The notes below the pieces were generated by a model, which ran no database searches, was not told the origin of the DNA, and was given only the letters and a program-made list of their open reading frames with translations. The translations under genes were made by a program, and so were the position numbers. From Chloroflexi bacterium HGW-Chloroflexi-3 (GTDB taxonomy: Bacteria; Chloroflexota; Anaerolineae; Anaerolineales; Anaerolineaceae), in NCBI GenBank assembly GCA_002842045.1, contig PHBX01000010.1, positions 6,267-70,266 of the forward strand: a stretch of DNA of 64,000 nucleotides. Reading direction: 5' to 3'. Shown one piece after another: positions 1 to 10,332 of the stretch (positions are counted from its first letter, which is position 1; every line of letters begins with the position of its first letter).

Positions 1-1
1 C

Positions 2-883
2 ATCAAACAATCAACAGCGACAGATTTTGACACATTCTTCAATGAATTCAAAGCTGTCAAAGAATACCTGGCTTCTTCACGTCCCACCGCGGTCAACCTG
101 TTTTGGGCACTTAAAAAAATGGAAACCTGTCTTCTTAGCAATAAGGATAAATCTATTCCTGAGATCAAAACTGCCCTGCGTGAGCAGGCAGAAGAGATTA
201 AGGCTGAGGACATTCGTACCAATAAAGCGATAGGCGAATTCGGTCTCTCGCTGATACAACCCAACTCAGGTGTGTTGACACATTGTAACGCAGGTTCACT
301 GGCAACTGGTAAATACGGGACCGCAACGGCACCCATGTATCTCGGGCAAGAACGTGGCTATAATCTCAAAGTCTTCGCCGATGAGACCCGACCACTACTG
401 CAAGGTGCGCGATTGACAACCTTCGAACTAGCTGCTGCTGGAATCGATGTAACCCTAATCTGCGATAATATGGCTGCGACTGTAATGAAGAAAGGCTGGA
501 TTCAAGCTGTTTTTGTGGGTTGTGATCGCGTTGCTGCCAATGGCGACACCGCCAACAAGATTGGCACTGCTGGTGTGGCCATTCTGGCGCATGAATATGG
601 AATCCCTTTCTATGTGTGTGCTCCTTCTTCCACTATTGATATGGAAACTCCAACGGGTGAACAAATAGAAATTGAGTTACGGAAACCCGAAGAAATCTAC
701 AGAAAATGGTATTCCAAACCGATGGCACCTGAGCAAGGGGTCAAATTCTACAACCCTGCCTTTGATGTCACCGATGCGAAATATATCACCAGCATCATCA
801 CTGAATTTGGGATTGCTCGTCCACCATATATCCGAACGCTTCCACAAATTTTCGAGAAAAAGCACTCCTCCGAACAGAGATAA
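2..883 (+). CDS. mtnA: S-methyl-5-thioribose-1-phosphate isomerase (eIF-2B alpha/beta/delta-related), 5' end cut by window edge
   Basis: The frame is open from the window edge: ..[17 protein letters not shown] precedes the listed ATG at 119. Family motifs present: [35 protein letters not shown]. Stop at 881-883. Confidence 0.8.
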   Translation: MKQSTATDFDTFFNEFKAVKEYLASSRPTAVNLFWALKKMETCLLSNKDKSIPEIKTALREQAEEIKAEDIRTNKAIGEFGLSLIQPNSGVLTHCNAGSLATGKYGTATAPMYLGQERGYNLKVFADETRPLLQGARLTTFELAAAGIDVTLICDNMAATVMKKGWIQAVFVGCDRVAANGDTANKIGTAGVAILAHEYGIPFYVCAPSSTIDMETPTGEQIEIELRKPEEIYRKWYSKPMAPEQGVKFYNPAFDVTDAKYITSIITEFGIARPPYIRTLPQIFEKKHSSEQR

Positions 884-904
884 GCTTTTTCATGTTTTCC
901 CCCA

Positions 905-940
905 AATAAACAGGCATAGATCCTTCCGTGCCTGTTTATT
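905..940 (+). terminator. hairpin downstream of mtnA (candidate intrinsic terminator)
   Basis: 12-bp inverted repeat AATAAACAGGCA (905-916) / TGCCTGTTTATT (929-940), starting 22 nt after the mtnA stop. The trailing T-tract is weak. Confidence 0.4.
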
Positions 941-1054
941 GTTAATAATAACAAGAGGGAATCGTTATAAAGTGGGATAGGTTAATTTTATTATTCAAGC
1001 ATAGTCATTTCAAATATCTTGATTTATATATAATTTTGTTCTCTATACTTGATT

Positions 1055-1990
1055 TTATTCCTCTAAAACAGACTGTGCAGTCTCCATATCAGTGACCAGG
1101 TGGTGCACCGTCCCGCTTTTCAATGCTCCATGAATGGCTACAATCTTTTCAGGTCCGGTAGCCACACCAATCACATTGGGTATTCTTTTTAAATCGTCAT
1201 AATCCAGAATGATCATGCGGTCTTTTATAGGATTTTCCACATAATTACCATCTCTGTCATAGAAGTGCAGCAAGATATCTCCGACTGCACCTTTGCGTTT
1301 CAATTCATTCATCATTTCTGGTGTAAAATGACCGGTGCGAACCAGAGTTGAATCGGGACCTATGTATCCCAATCCTACTATACATACATCTACATTCGAA
1401 ATCCCCTGGAAAGCTTCTTTAATACTGGGTTCTTCCATCATGGCATTACGGACAGATTCACTTTGAACAACTACAGGTACTGGTAAAGATATGATTTTTG
1501 CGTTTAACTTTTCGGCAATACGCCAACTGATACCATAAGGCGCATTTGGTGAGAGATAAGTCCCAGCCAATTCCTGGATAACAATATTCGAAGGAGCACT
1601 TTTTCCATCCAGGAATTCAATCATATTAGAAAGCGTTGAACTGAAGGCTACCCCCAAACGACAATTAGGTTTGAGATGCTTCATCATTTCAAATGCAGCA
1701 TATCGACAGACTTCCTTGATCGTTTCATTGGGATCAGACATTGTTTTTGCAATGGTAACTGAACTCAGATTGTATTTTTCTTTAATCCGATTTCCCAATC
1801 GATACTGTTTAGGTAATGGTCGAGTAATCGTAAATTGTACAACACCTTCTGCGCGTGCACGCTGTAATAATCGAGTAATGCTGACACGCGACATATGCAA
1901 TTGTTCTGCGATTTCTTCGTGAGTCATGCGCTCCACATAATAAAGCCAGGCAGCAATTACAATTAATTCATCCTGGGTGTTTTCTGCCAT
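1055..1990 (-). CDS. SorC/DeoR-family sugar-binding transcriptional regulator
   Basis: 311 aa. N-terminal HTH (MTHEEIAEQLHMSRVSITRLLQRA) followed by a sugar-phosphate-binding domain typical of SorC/LsrR/DeoR-type regulators. Confidence 0.75.
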   Translation of the reverse strand: MAENTQDELIVIAAWLYYVERMTHEEIAEQLHMSRVSITRLLQRARAEGVVQFTITRPLPKQYRLGNRIKEKYNLSSVTIAKTMSDPNETIKEVCRYAAFEMMKHLKPNCRLGVAFSSTLSNMIEFLDGKSAPSNIVIQELAGTYLSPNAPYGISWRIAEKLNAKIISLPVPVVVQSESVRNAMMEEPSIKEAFQGISNVDVCIVGLGYIGPDSTLVRTGHFTPEMMNELKRKGAVGDILLHFYDRDGNYVENPIKDRMIILDYDDLKRIPNVIGVATGPEKIVAIHGALKSGTVHHLVTDMETAQSVLEE

Positions 1991-2057
1991 CTAATGCTTC
2001 TCCTGAAAATGATATTTTTTACAAGTTAATTCGAGTAATATTGGAAATCTTTTGCTT

Positions 2058-3011
2058 CTACAACTTATTATTCTTTTGAACGATCCCTTGAATTGCATCC
2101 AGCATATCTGGCGGTAGGGTGTTGACATCACCTAATAATTCTGCAAATGTCAACGTTTTGGAAACGTGTTCCAATCGTTCAGTCTTAATCAATGCTTCAT
2201 CTAAATTCTTCCCAACCGCCAGGCTACCATGATTACGGATCAATAGAACATCGTGATACTTGATTAATTCCCTGACAGCTGCTGCGTTCTGGGGTGAAGA
2301 GGGTAATGAGAACTCGGTAATCGGGATTTCACCAAAAGCAATTGCTGCTTCCGGGATCACATCCATCCGTACCTTACCCATCGAGATGGCCAGTGCATTC
2401 GCGAAGATAAGATGTGTGTGTATTACGGCACGAACATCCGGACGCTGACGGTAAATCTCAATGTGCATCGGTTGTTCAGAGGTAGCTTTCAGATTTGGAT
2501 TTTCAGCAGCTTTAATGATTTGGCCATCTATATCGATCACCAGCAAATCCTCAGCTGAGATACGTCCTTTGGTCACGCCTGATGGGGTGATCAGTATATT
2601 CCCATTTTGAAGGCGAACCGATATATTTCCATCATTGGAAACCATCAAACCACTGTGATAAAGAATACGACCCGTCAGAATAATAGCATCGCGTAGCTGT
2701 TGTTCACTGCTGAAATCATTAAACTGCAGAATGTCACGACTTGTGTAAGCACTTTCGATGTTTTTAGAGATATCGGGTGGATTGTTTGGTTTGCTTAAAC
2801 TGGATTCTGATGTTTTAGGTTGATCCAGATAAGGACGTACAGGCGTAGAAGGAGGATGGTGAAGGTTGCCTTGCAAGATTTCAACCCCCAAACGTCTGGC
2901 TTTTTCATATGCGAGGTCTGTGAGCAGCATATTCTCCTCGATTATTAATGAGGTTTTTCCCTGGGCTGCAATGTTCTCGATATCTTCGTCAGTCAATATG
3001 ATTTTCGCCAT
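2058..3011 (-). CDS. class II aldolase/adducin-family protein with N-terminal extension
   Basis: The C-terminal ~210 aa show the class II aldolase pattern (SNDGNISVR, EQPMHIEIY, VIHTHL). They are preceded by a ~50-aa N-terminal module and a Pro/Ser-rich linker. An MtnB-like role is possible given nearby mtnA, but cannot be resolved by eye. Confidence 0.7.
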   Translation of the reverse strand: MAKIILTDEDIENIAAQGKTSLIIEENMLLTDLAYEKARRLGVEILQGNLHHPPSTPVRPYLDQPKTSESSLSKPNNPPDISKNIESAYTSRDILQFNDFSSEQQLRDAIILTGRILYHSGLMVSNDGNISVRLQNGNILITPSGVTKGRISAEDLLVIDIDGQIIKAAENPNLKATSEQPMHIEIYRQRPDVRAVIHTHLIFANALAISMGKVRMDVIPEAAIAFGEIPITEFSLPSSPQNAAAVRELIKYHDVLLIRNHGSLAVGKNLDEALIKTERLEHVSKTLTFAELLGDVNTLPPDMLDAIQGIVQKNNKL

Positions 3012-3167
3012 GATAACAACCTGTTCGGAATGGAGTGATGATACAATCGTTCAACAATGAACAAAAGATAATAATATTTTACACCTTTTCCGGGTGAAAA
3101 TCAATCTATTCAATAAATTGATTTTACCTTAACTCTACAAAAAACTTTGTAAACATCTGATTAATAA

Positions 3168-3198
3168 TCAAAACCCCATTCTCATTTTGAGGATGGGG
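3168..3198 (-). terminator. intrinsic terminator downstream of htrA
   Basis: On the minus strand: CCCCATCCTCA AAA TGAGAATGGGG, an 11-bp stem with one G-U pair, followed by TTTTG. It lies about 40 nt past the htrA stop. Confidence 0.55.
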
Positions 3199-3239
3199 AA
3201 TTGAAAACCCAATTGTTCTAGAAGGAGGAAAGATAAAAG

Positions 3240-4877
3240 CTAGGGGCGTTCCCCTAAGGTAACCTCAATTTTCAAAGATTTACCACCACGGATGATACTC
3301 AAAGTGACAGTATCACCAGGATTGTAATTACTTAGTTCAAGACGTAATGCCTGAATACCATCCACACGGGTATTATTAATGGCTGTGATCACATCGCCAC
3401 CGATCATGATTTCCTGGCCGTCCAGCTCAAATGTTTTGTCACTTCCACGAATGCCAGCTTCATCCGCCGGGCTATCCGCCTGCACTTCGACTACCAGCAC
3501 ACCTTGTTGATCCTCGTCGAGATCCATTTCTTGAGCAACCTCAGGGATCAAACTACCTCCGGTGATGCCCAGGTAAGCCTGCCCACTTGAAAAAGCACTG
3601 GAAGGGGTCTGAACAGTTGTCTTACCCGGGCGAACACCTAGTGTTACGTCCACTGTCTGGGATTTCCCATCGCGCAGAATGGTCAGTTCGACCACCTGGC
3701 CTGGCTCAGTGGCGCGTGCCAGATACGAGACCAATTCCTCAAAATTCGGGGTAGGCTCGTTGTCAATCGCAGTGATGATGTCGCCACCGATAAGCACCTG
3801 CGATCCCAAATATTCAAATTGTTTATCACTACCGCGTAATCCTGCTTCGTCTGCCGGGCTATTCGGTGAGATGGAAGCGATAATTACACCACGCTGGTCA
3901 CGATCCAGATCCATGGCTTCAGCGATATCTGCCTGCAAGGTGCTTCCGGAAAGACCTAACCACGAATGTTGATAAGAACCTGTTTCGATTAAATCAGGGA
4001 CAACGCGCAAAACGATGGAAGATGGCACTACAAACCCGATACCTGCATTTGATCCGCTCGAAGACTGTATGGCTGTCGTGACGCCAATAACCTGGCCTAT
4101 ATCATTCAGGAGCACACCGCCGGAATTTCCGGGGTTGATAGCTGCATCCGTTTGAATGATATCAGGTATGGTGTAATTCCCGTTCATGGAGCCATTATCG
4201 ACTGATAATGAACGTCCAACTGCACTGACGATCCCAATTGTCATTGTTCCGGAAAGTCCATATGGATTTCCAATCGCGATTGCGAGATCACCAACCTTTA
4301 CATCCTCAGAGGAAATTACGCTTAACGGTTTTAATTCATATTCAGGCGCATCGATCTTCAACACTGCCAGATCGGAATCTGCATCTGCACCGACCAATTC
4401 GGCAGGATATTCTCGCCCGTCATAGAATTGGACAACAATCCTGGTGGCATTTTCCACTACGTGATTGTTGGTAACAATGTGACCTTCTTTATCCCAGACA
4501 AAACCCGATCCAAGGCCGGATTGTTGCGGTATGCCTTCCTGATCTTCAAATCCAGGTAAGCTAAAGGGCAAATCAGATATTCCACTGATAGTTGAAATGA
4601 CCTGGATGTTGACTACGGAAGGATTTACCAAATCATAAATCTGACTGAGAGAACCTTCGGAAGTTGCATCCTGGACAGGGTCATCCACCCTGACAGAATC
4701 CAGCTTTTCCTGCTGAGCAACCGGTTCCTCAGCAGGTTGAGAGCTGGTGTCTTTGCTATTATCAAATATTGACAAATCTGCCAGTTGCCGCAAAGGCGCA
4801 CAAGCAGTAATTGTCAAGGTGAGAATTATTATTAAAACTGGGAATAACAATCTCTTCTTTAATCTGCTTTTTTGCAT
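3240..4877 (-). CDS. htrA: HtrA/DegP-family serine protease with two PDZ domains
   Basis: 545 aa. N-terminal signal/TM segment, then a trypsin-like domain (TNNHVV, DLAVLK, GNSGGVL). Two C-terminal PDZ-like repeats follow (GGDIITAIDN.. and GGDVITAINN..). Confidence 0.85.
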   Translation of the reverse strand: MQKSRLKKRLLFPVLIIILTLTITACAPLRQLADLSIFDNSKDTSSQPAEEPVAQQEKLDSVRVDDPVQDATSEGSLSQIYDLVNPSVVNIQVISTISGISDLPFSLPGFEDQEGIPQQSGLGSGFVWDKEGHIVTNNHVVENATRIVVQFYDGREYPAELVGADADSDLAVLKIDAPEYELKPLSVISSEDVKVGDLAIAIGNPYGLSGTMTIGIVSAVGRSLSVDNGSMNGNYTIPDIIQTDAAINPGNSGGVLLNDIGQVIGVTTAIQSSSGSNAGIGFVVPSSIVLRVVPDLIETGSYQHSWLGLSGSTLQADIAEAMDLDRDQRGVIIASISPNSPADEAGLRGSDKQFEYLGSQVLIGGDIITAIDNEPTPNFEELVSYLARATEPGQVVELTILRDGKSQTVDVTLGVRPGKTTVQTPSSAFSSGQAYLGITGGSLIPEVAQEMDLDEDQQGVLVVEVQADSPADEAGIRGSDKTFELDGQEIMIGGDVITAINNTRVDGIQALRLELSNYNPGDTVTLSIIRGGKSLKIEVTLGERP

Positions 4878-5393
4878 ATATGTTTCCTCCGATATTTGCT
4901 TTTTTACCTTTTCATATGATACCGATTTACTGCTCTTTTGTCCTTATGGGAAATTCAAAATAAGCTTAAGGAAAGCTTAAGGAAATACAGGTTTTGAAAC
5001 TATCCCTTTGACCAGTGGAAAATGGTAAGGAATACCAGGAAAAAGAGTTTAGATGTAGATTATGATGCTCATGGAGGTTTTCTAATGAGGTGACTTATTT
5101 TATTATTAACAATGTTTGTATTTTTAGTAAGTGGTTGTAATTCAAAACCACAACCTGCAACAAATGAATTTATTGAATTTTTAGCACAGGTTCAAACCAA
5201 TTTGGAGAAGTCAGTTGGTGCCAGGTGTGTATCAAGTAGATTGGTCTTCTACGAATTTTGGAGGAACAAAGGTATCCTTTGAGGTTGTTCAAAATCCTTC
5301 TGGAGTTGTCTCAATCGTGAATCAGACAATTGTAATTAATTCTGGGGGCAGATAAGAGTCTCCTACCAATTCATGGAAGGTCTCTTTAGCACC

Positions 5394-5761
5394 TCAGGAG
5401 GCGACGATAATATCAGCGGGGTAAAAATTACCCAGGTTTGTTTCTACCCCATTAATCTGATTATTCTCAATTTGTATATCAGTAACGAATTCGTTCAGGT
5501 GTAACTGACCCTGGTGGTTCTCAATCACTTTGACCAGAGCATCGACTATGGTGGTGGTACCGCCTTTGATGGAGTAGAGGAATAACTGGTCAGCTCCACG
5601 CGCGATCCGTTTGGGAATACGTGCATCAAAGGAAGCTTCAGAATTGAGAGCAAACACACCCAGTCCCTGGAATTGACTGGGTGGTGTAAAGAAATCTGCC
5701 AGAATGGATATAAAAACTGCTTCTCTGCAGGTATTGTATCAAAACCAAGCTTGAGTTTCAA
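5394..5761 (-). pseudogene. remnant of a phytoene-desaturase-family FAD oxidoreductase
   Basis: Two short overlapping ORFs in different frames (5394..5657, 5546..5761). They encode only an internal piece of a CrtI-like protein (..IKGGTTTIVDALVKVIENHQG...VTDIQIENNQINGVET..); the N- and C-terminal parts are absent. Confidence 0.45.
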
Positions 5762-5817
5762 TCAAAACCAGCTCTGAAATTAAATATTTTAAAATTTATG
5801 GATGATAGATAAAGTAA

Positions 5818-7245
5818 TTACAATTGAAGAGGAAGACGAGTGTCCAAAGGTAACCAGACAATAAAACAACTGCCTTTCCCTGGTTTACTGGTAAAGGTCA
5901 GAGAGCCTTGGTGAGCCTGTATCAGATCTCGAGCAATGGTAAGTCCCAATCCCATACCTTCCGGTAAGCGTTGGGAGGCTTTTCCCCGTTGATAAGGTTC
6001 AAATATGCGTTCAGCTTCCTCGGTGTCAATTCCGGGTCCATCATCCTGGAGAATAACTTGCCAGCCCTCATTTTTGGCTAAAACTTTCAATGAAATATGT
6101 CCACCAGATAGTGTGTAGCGAATGGCATTACTAAACAGATTCTCGAGCACCTGTGCGATGCGGTCAGGATCAAAGTTGGCTTCTAAAGGGGTGGATTCAT
6201 GGATATCAGTTTGCCAGGAAAGATGCTTATCTTCTGCCAGACGTATCCAGGGGGGGAGGAGGGATTCTATCCAGGGTTGCACCTTGACTGGACGAATCTC
6301 CAGATCCAGGCTTCCTAAAACCTGTTCGTGTAAATGTGCCAGTTCATTCAGTAAACCTTGCAAGCGAACCAACTCGTCATCCATTCCCTGAACCAGTTCC
6401 TGACGCAATTGTGGATCTTCACCCGCACCACTTAAAAGCGCTTGAGATGCTGATCGCAAAGCACCCAATGGCCGTCCAAGTTCATGCACCAGATTACCTA
6501 GTAAGCGTTTACGACTGGTCTCCATGGTTTGCAAGCGCTCAACCAGTGTATTAAAAGCGCGTTGCAATACTCTGGTTTCCTCCAACCCGCCTTCTGGGAG
6601 AAGTTGCGGATTACCACCACTCGCCAATCGATAGGCGGCATCGGTGGTTTGTCGAATAGGGCGTTCCAGATCACGCGCCAATAACCAGCTTAGTAGTAGC
6701 CCAATGATCAATCCACCTGCCAGCACAAAAACCATCACCTGGCGCAGAGTTTGGGACCGCTCGTAAATACTTGCCAGTGGATTGACCAATCGCACAAACC
6801 CAATCAGTCCGAGATCTCTGCTGGAATAGACCGGAACAATAATATCGGTGACCTTCCGTTCCTCCATGGTAATCTCGGCTTGTATGTCCTTAGCCGATAA
6901 CAACTCGGTGTCCGGCACGTTGAATACCTGGCCGATCAAAAACGAATCTTCCGGGTCAGAGGAGACAATCAACCTACCTTCGGGGTCGAGTAACATGACC
7001 TTAGCAGTTAGTCTCGGACTGACACGGGTCACGAAGGCCTGCGCTCGTACTGGATCTTCCCATATTTCCATATACGCACTGGCGGTATCAGCCACCAGAA
7101 CTGCCTGGCGGGTTAATTCGTTGGTTAAATTTCCAAGAAACACCTGAGTTTCCAGGAGATAGGTAATTAAGATCCCCATCACTGGAATGATCACCAATAA
7201 AGGTATGAGTGTGTTCAAAATCAGCCGGGATCGTAAGGTTTTCAT
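5818..7245 (-). CDS. sensor histidine kinase (TM-sensor-TM-HAMP-HisKA-HATPase)
   Basis: 475 aa. Two TM segments; H-box LVHELGRPL; N-box FSNAIRY; G-boxes DDGPGI and GMGLGL. Confidence 0.85.
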   Translation of the reverse strand: MKTLRSRLILNTLIPLLVIIPVMGILITYLLETQVFLGNLTNELTRQAVLVADTASAYMEIWEDPVRAQAFVTRVSPRLTAKVMLLDPEGRLIVSSDPEDSFLIGQVFNVPDTELLSAKDIQAEITMEERKVTDIIVPVYSSRDLGLIGFVRLVNPLASIYERSQTLRQVMVFVLAGGLIIGLLLSWLLARDLERPIRQTTDAAYRLASGGNPQLLPEGGLEETRVLQRAFNTLVERLQTMETSRKRLLGNLVHELGRPLGALRSASQALLSGAGEDPQLRQELVQGMDDELVRLQGLLNELAHLHEQVLGSLDLEIRPVKVQPWIESLLPPWIRLAEDKHLSWQTDIHESTPLEANFDPDRIAQVLENLFSNAIRYTLSGGHISLKVLAKNEGWQVILQDDGPGIDTEEAERIFEPYQRGKASQRLPEGMGLGLTIARDLIQAHQGSLTFTSKPGKGSCFIVWLPLDTRLPLQL

Positions 7246-7949
7246 ATAGATAGCTTTTCTGGCTGGTATTTGTAACCCACACCTCGTACGGTTAATATAC
7301 GTTTTGGGCGATTGGGGACATCTTCCAGTTTCTCACGTAGCCAACGAATATGGACGTACACGACTTGGGGTTGCCCGATAAATTCGGCACCCCATACACG
7401 GGTCAGGATCTCATCGGTGGAGAGTACCTGTGGGGTGGACCGGGCAAGTGTGAAAAGTAATTCGAATTCGCGTGGGGAAAGATCCAGTTCTCTTCCTTTA
7501 AAAATTGCAGTATGGGCAGCCGAATCAATGCGCAGATTGCCAATTTCAACAATGTCTGTGGAAAGATCTGAGCTATTTTCTCTGAATTGTGATCTTCTAA
7601 GAACAGCTTTGACATGTGCCAATAGTACACTGAAATCAAAGGGTTTGGTGACATAATCATCTGCTCCCAGTTCCAGACCAAGCACTTCATCCAATTCTCT
7701 TCGTCTGGCAGTCAGCATGATCACCGGAATATGCATCTGATTACGGAGTTTTTTCAATGCATCCAATCCGTCCATACCAGGTAAGTTGATATCCAGCAGG
7801 ATCAGATCTGGTTTCTGTTGATCTGCTGATGCGAGCCCATCTTCGGCGTTGGCCGCTGTACGGGTTTCATACCCGGCTTGCTGTAGATTAAACGCCAGGC
7901 TGCGCCGTAAAAGGGCATCATCGTCGATGAGCAGAATCTGTTTTGCCAT
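7242..7949 (-). CDS. OmpR/PhoB-family response regulator
   Basis: 235 aa. Receiver domain (DLILLDINLPGMDG, ..LTA..) plus a winged-helix C-terminus (TVRGVGYK). Its stop overlaps the kinase start by 4 nt. Confidence 0.9.
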   Translation of the reverse strand: MAKQILLIDDDALLRRSLAFNLQQAGYETRTAANAEDGLASADQQKPDLILLDINLPGMDGLDALKKLRNQMHIPVIMLTARRRELDEVLGLELGADDYVTKPFDFSVLLAHVKAVLRRSQFRENSSDLSTDIVEIGNLRIDSAAHTAIFKGRELDLSPREFELLFTLARSTPQVLSTDEILTRVWGAEFIGQPQVVYVHIRWLREKLEDVPNRPKRILTVRGVGYKYQPEKLSI

Positions 7950-8136
7950 GATCGATACTATACAATAGAATTGGTAAAAAGGGTAGGGGATTATTGTTGT
8001 TGAGCTCTTAAACTATTATGTTAATAATCTCATGAGTTCCTCATTTGAAAAGTTTAGAGTAAAAATAAAAGAAATAAATTATGAATTTCAGAGAATTCGA
8101 ATCAAAAATTAATAATTTGCCATATTAGTTGAGAGA

Positions 8137-8433
8137 GTGAAAAAGTTCTTAGAATTAGAAGGATTTCATGTGCAGATCAACAGTATTCCTAAAGATGCCT
8201 TTCATTGCTATTTGCGGTTTCCAGAATTGTTGTATAAGCAAGGTTTATCACCTCATCACCAGGAAAAAATACTGATACAAGTGGACACTGTGTCTCAAGG
8301 TTATGATTACCAACCTGAGATAAAAATCCTCAACAAATTTGATGTATTTACTGAAGTTAGAGTTACGCCATTAAATTTGTTACTTTCCCAAAAAATCTTC
8401 AGGGAATTTTGGAATCAGGTAGAATTAACCTAA
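8137..8433 (+). CDS. hypothetical protein, possibly a fragment of a nucleotidyltransferase-type (AbiEii-like) toxin
   Basis: 98-aa orphan ORF in an AT-rich patch. The resemblance to AbiEii/DUF1814 C-terminal regions is only my impression. Confidence 0.2.
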   Translation: MKKFLELEGFHVQINSIPKDAFHCYLRFPELLYKQGLSPHHQEKILIQVDTVSQGYDYQPEIKILNKFDVFTEVRVTPLNLLLSQKIFREFWNQVELT

Positions 8434-8669
8434 GGTGTCTACAATTCTTTGTACACTATAATCAGACACAGTAGACTCTGAATCATGTCCAAATGGATAT
8501 CCAATTTTTTTAAGACCACCCTTCACCCGGTGATGTATCCATGGTAAGGTGATGTCACCACCTTTTTTTGAAGGTTGGTATTTTAAAGTGGTCAATTCAA
8601 CCGGACTGCAACGTTTTGCTTTCATTTTAAATATTCAGATTTGCCACCTATGCCAATAGCCGGATTTTA

Positions 8670-8939
8670 GGACTGGAGGTGGATGATCAGCATGTCCGTT
8701 GGCAGATGCGCAACCGTACCCATCGGCTGGAGATCATAGCTACACAAGCGGAAGGTGGATTGCTGCATGCTCCGGCGCCGGAGTGAATGGGTCGACGTAT
8801 TGCAGAGACACTGAGTGCCACTATTCATGTACGCTTGATTAACCTGAAGTCTGGTGATTTGGAATTTGACGGTGTGGGGAACTATGCGGGTCTGGAAGCA
8901 GTGGGGGATCTGGAGAAGTTGATCAGGATGGCGGTGTAG
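8670..8939 (+). pseudogene. orphan coding-looking fragment interrupted by an in-frame TGA
   Basis: One plus-strand frame reads ..LGLEVDDQHVRWQMRNRTHRLEIIATQAEGGLLHAPAPE-TGA-MGRRIAETLSATIHVRLINLKSGDLEFDGVGNYAGLEAVGDLEKLIRMAV. The segment is visibly more G+C-rich than its flanks. No family recognised. Confidence 0.25.
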
Positions 8940-9086
8940 AATGGTAGGGTGCATTGTCGAAGATGCCCTTTTGGGGTGCACTTGGGGATCATCAGCTTTC
9001 TCAATTAACGATAATTAATCCCATTAACAACCCAGCAGGAGTGCATTGCACCTTGTATACAATAACAGGTATTGCATAGAAAAAAT

Positions 9087-9269
9087 TTAGATATAGGAAA
9101 TATGATTAGCAGCTTCGCCCAATATTAGGAGTGAGCGCTCTGTGGCATATCGTATCAATTTATTATTTTCAAAATCTGTAAATGTTACATTCGTTGTAAA
9201 TTCAATAATTTGTTTTGTTTCAGTGTACATATCCCAAATATAAGCTAGATTATTTTCTTGAGGTTTCAT
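9087..9269 (-). pseudogene. truncated HepT/DUF86-like toxin remnant
   Basis: 60 aa where about 115 are expected. ..IRYATERSLLILGEAANHIS resembles the N-terminal half of DUF86/HepT; the C-terminal RX4HXY region is missing. It overlaps the upstream nucleotidyltransferase gene. Confidence 0.45.
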
Positions 9270-9486
9270 ACACCACCTGGGCTGTTGCTAATATATGGCG
9301 TTTCCGGAAAGGGTTACGAAGCGCTTCTTTTTCAAGAATATCTACCTGGCGATTGAATATTTCTTGTAACTCAATTTGCATCTGAGCAAGATCAAAAAGA
9401 CTGATTTGATTTTCATCATCAAAGCTGACCAAAACATCGATATCACTATTGACATCAAAATCATCACGCAATACTGAGCCAAACAA
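9250..9486 (-). CDS. MntA-type nucleotidyltransferase antitoxin (N-terminally short)
   Basis: FGSVLRDDF..SDIDVLVSF is the GS-X-D-X-D minimal nucleotidyltransferase motif. The ORF begins right at that motif, so it is probably 5'-truncated. Confidence 0.6.
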   Translation of the reverse strand: MFGSVLRDDFDVNSDIDVLVSFDDENQISLFDLAQMQIELQEIFNRQVDILEKEALRNPFRKRHILATAQVVYETSRK

Positions 9487-10102
9487 CGCAAATTCTATGC
9501 AAAAACCTAATACCGTTCAATGGACTTCTTCCCGTGATGGAATACTTGGTACTGGTCATATCATTACTGTTTCGGACTTATCCATAGGTGTCCACAGGAT
9601 ACAGGCTGAATTATGTAATAGTCAAGGAGAATTTACAAATAATCACCTTTACCAGGATTCCATCCAAATTGAAATATATGAAAAAGCTGAACCACTTGCG
9701 ATTGAAGCGTGCATTATCCCAACGGATGGATATGACTGGTCATACGAAGATATAGAATCTCGAATTGGAACAGGTGGTAATGCGAAGGGCATGCCCAGTT
9801 GTGTTGCGAATTTTGTACTCAGAAACAATCTGAATGAAGATGTCCATTTATTTGATTATTATGCGTTTGATAATGATGCGATACATTCCGAAAACTGGAA
9901 AGGAAGACGAATTGACGCTTATGGTGAATGGAGTGATCAAGTCAGTCATACAGAATATGTTGATGGTTCAGTTACTTATGGTGAAATCAGGAAAATTTTG
10001 TTATTGAAAATTGACCCCGAATGTATCCAATACCAAGATACAAATAAAGAAGCTCTTTGGGAAGCAATGGCATTTCCGGTTGAAAAATTCCCTTGCCCAT
10101 AA
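9449..10102 (+). CDS. hypothetical protein (possibly a C-terminal fragment of a larger secreted protein)
   Basis: Open frame with no recognisable family. The internal ATG at 9497 is a more likely start. The 5' part overlaps the MntA-like gene on the opposite strand. Confidence 0.3.
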   Translation: MTSKSSRNTEPNNANSMQKPNTVQWTSSRDGILGTGHIITVSDLSIGVHRIQAELCNSQGEFTNNHLYQDSIQIEIYEKAEPLAIEACIIPTDGYDWSYEDIESRIGTGGNAKGMPSCVANFVLRNNLNEDVHLFDYYAFDNDAIHSENWKGRRIDAYGEWSDQVSHTEYVDGSVTYGEIRKILLLKIDPECIQYQDTNKEALWEAMAFPVEKFPCP

Positions 10103-10332
10103 ATTTACAATTTAGAATCCAAAATATTTAGTATTTTCAATTTCCATTCACTTATTTTTTGAATTTGAATTAGTGTTGATGAGTTGTAACTATGACGCAA
10201 ATTTCAGGTTTCGAATCTGATAAGAATGATTTTTATATCGAGGAATTGCTAAGCAGAAATTAAGCAACCAAATCATTTCTAGCGTGTTAATAAACTTGTG
10301 ACGAATTACCCTTCACTTTTAAAGGAAGCTTA

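Noticed and set aside
5084-5355. A lipoprotein-like start (MFVFLVSGC lipobox) followed by a coding-looking stretch in a second frame (..PGVYQVDWSSTNFGGTKVSFEVV..).
   Set aside because: The signal peptide lacks a positively charged n-region and an upstream start, and the frame is broken after ~60 codons. It is probably another decayed gene but is too short to call.
8667-8981. 104-aa minus-strand ORF (MHPKRASSTMHPT..).
   Set aside because: The His/Pro/Gln/Thr-rich translation looks like the shadow of the more protein-like plus-strand frame (8670-8939), and that frame is itself only a broken fragment.
10195-10240. A tRNA-like T-arm string (CAGGTTTCGAATCTG) upstream of pfaD, considered as a tRNA gene or a tRNA-derived att remnant.
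   Set aside because: No acceptor, D or anticodon stems can be built around it, and the T-loop carries an extra base. It is most likely a chance match.
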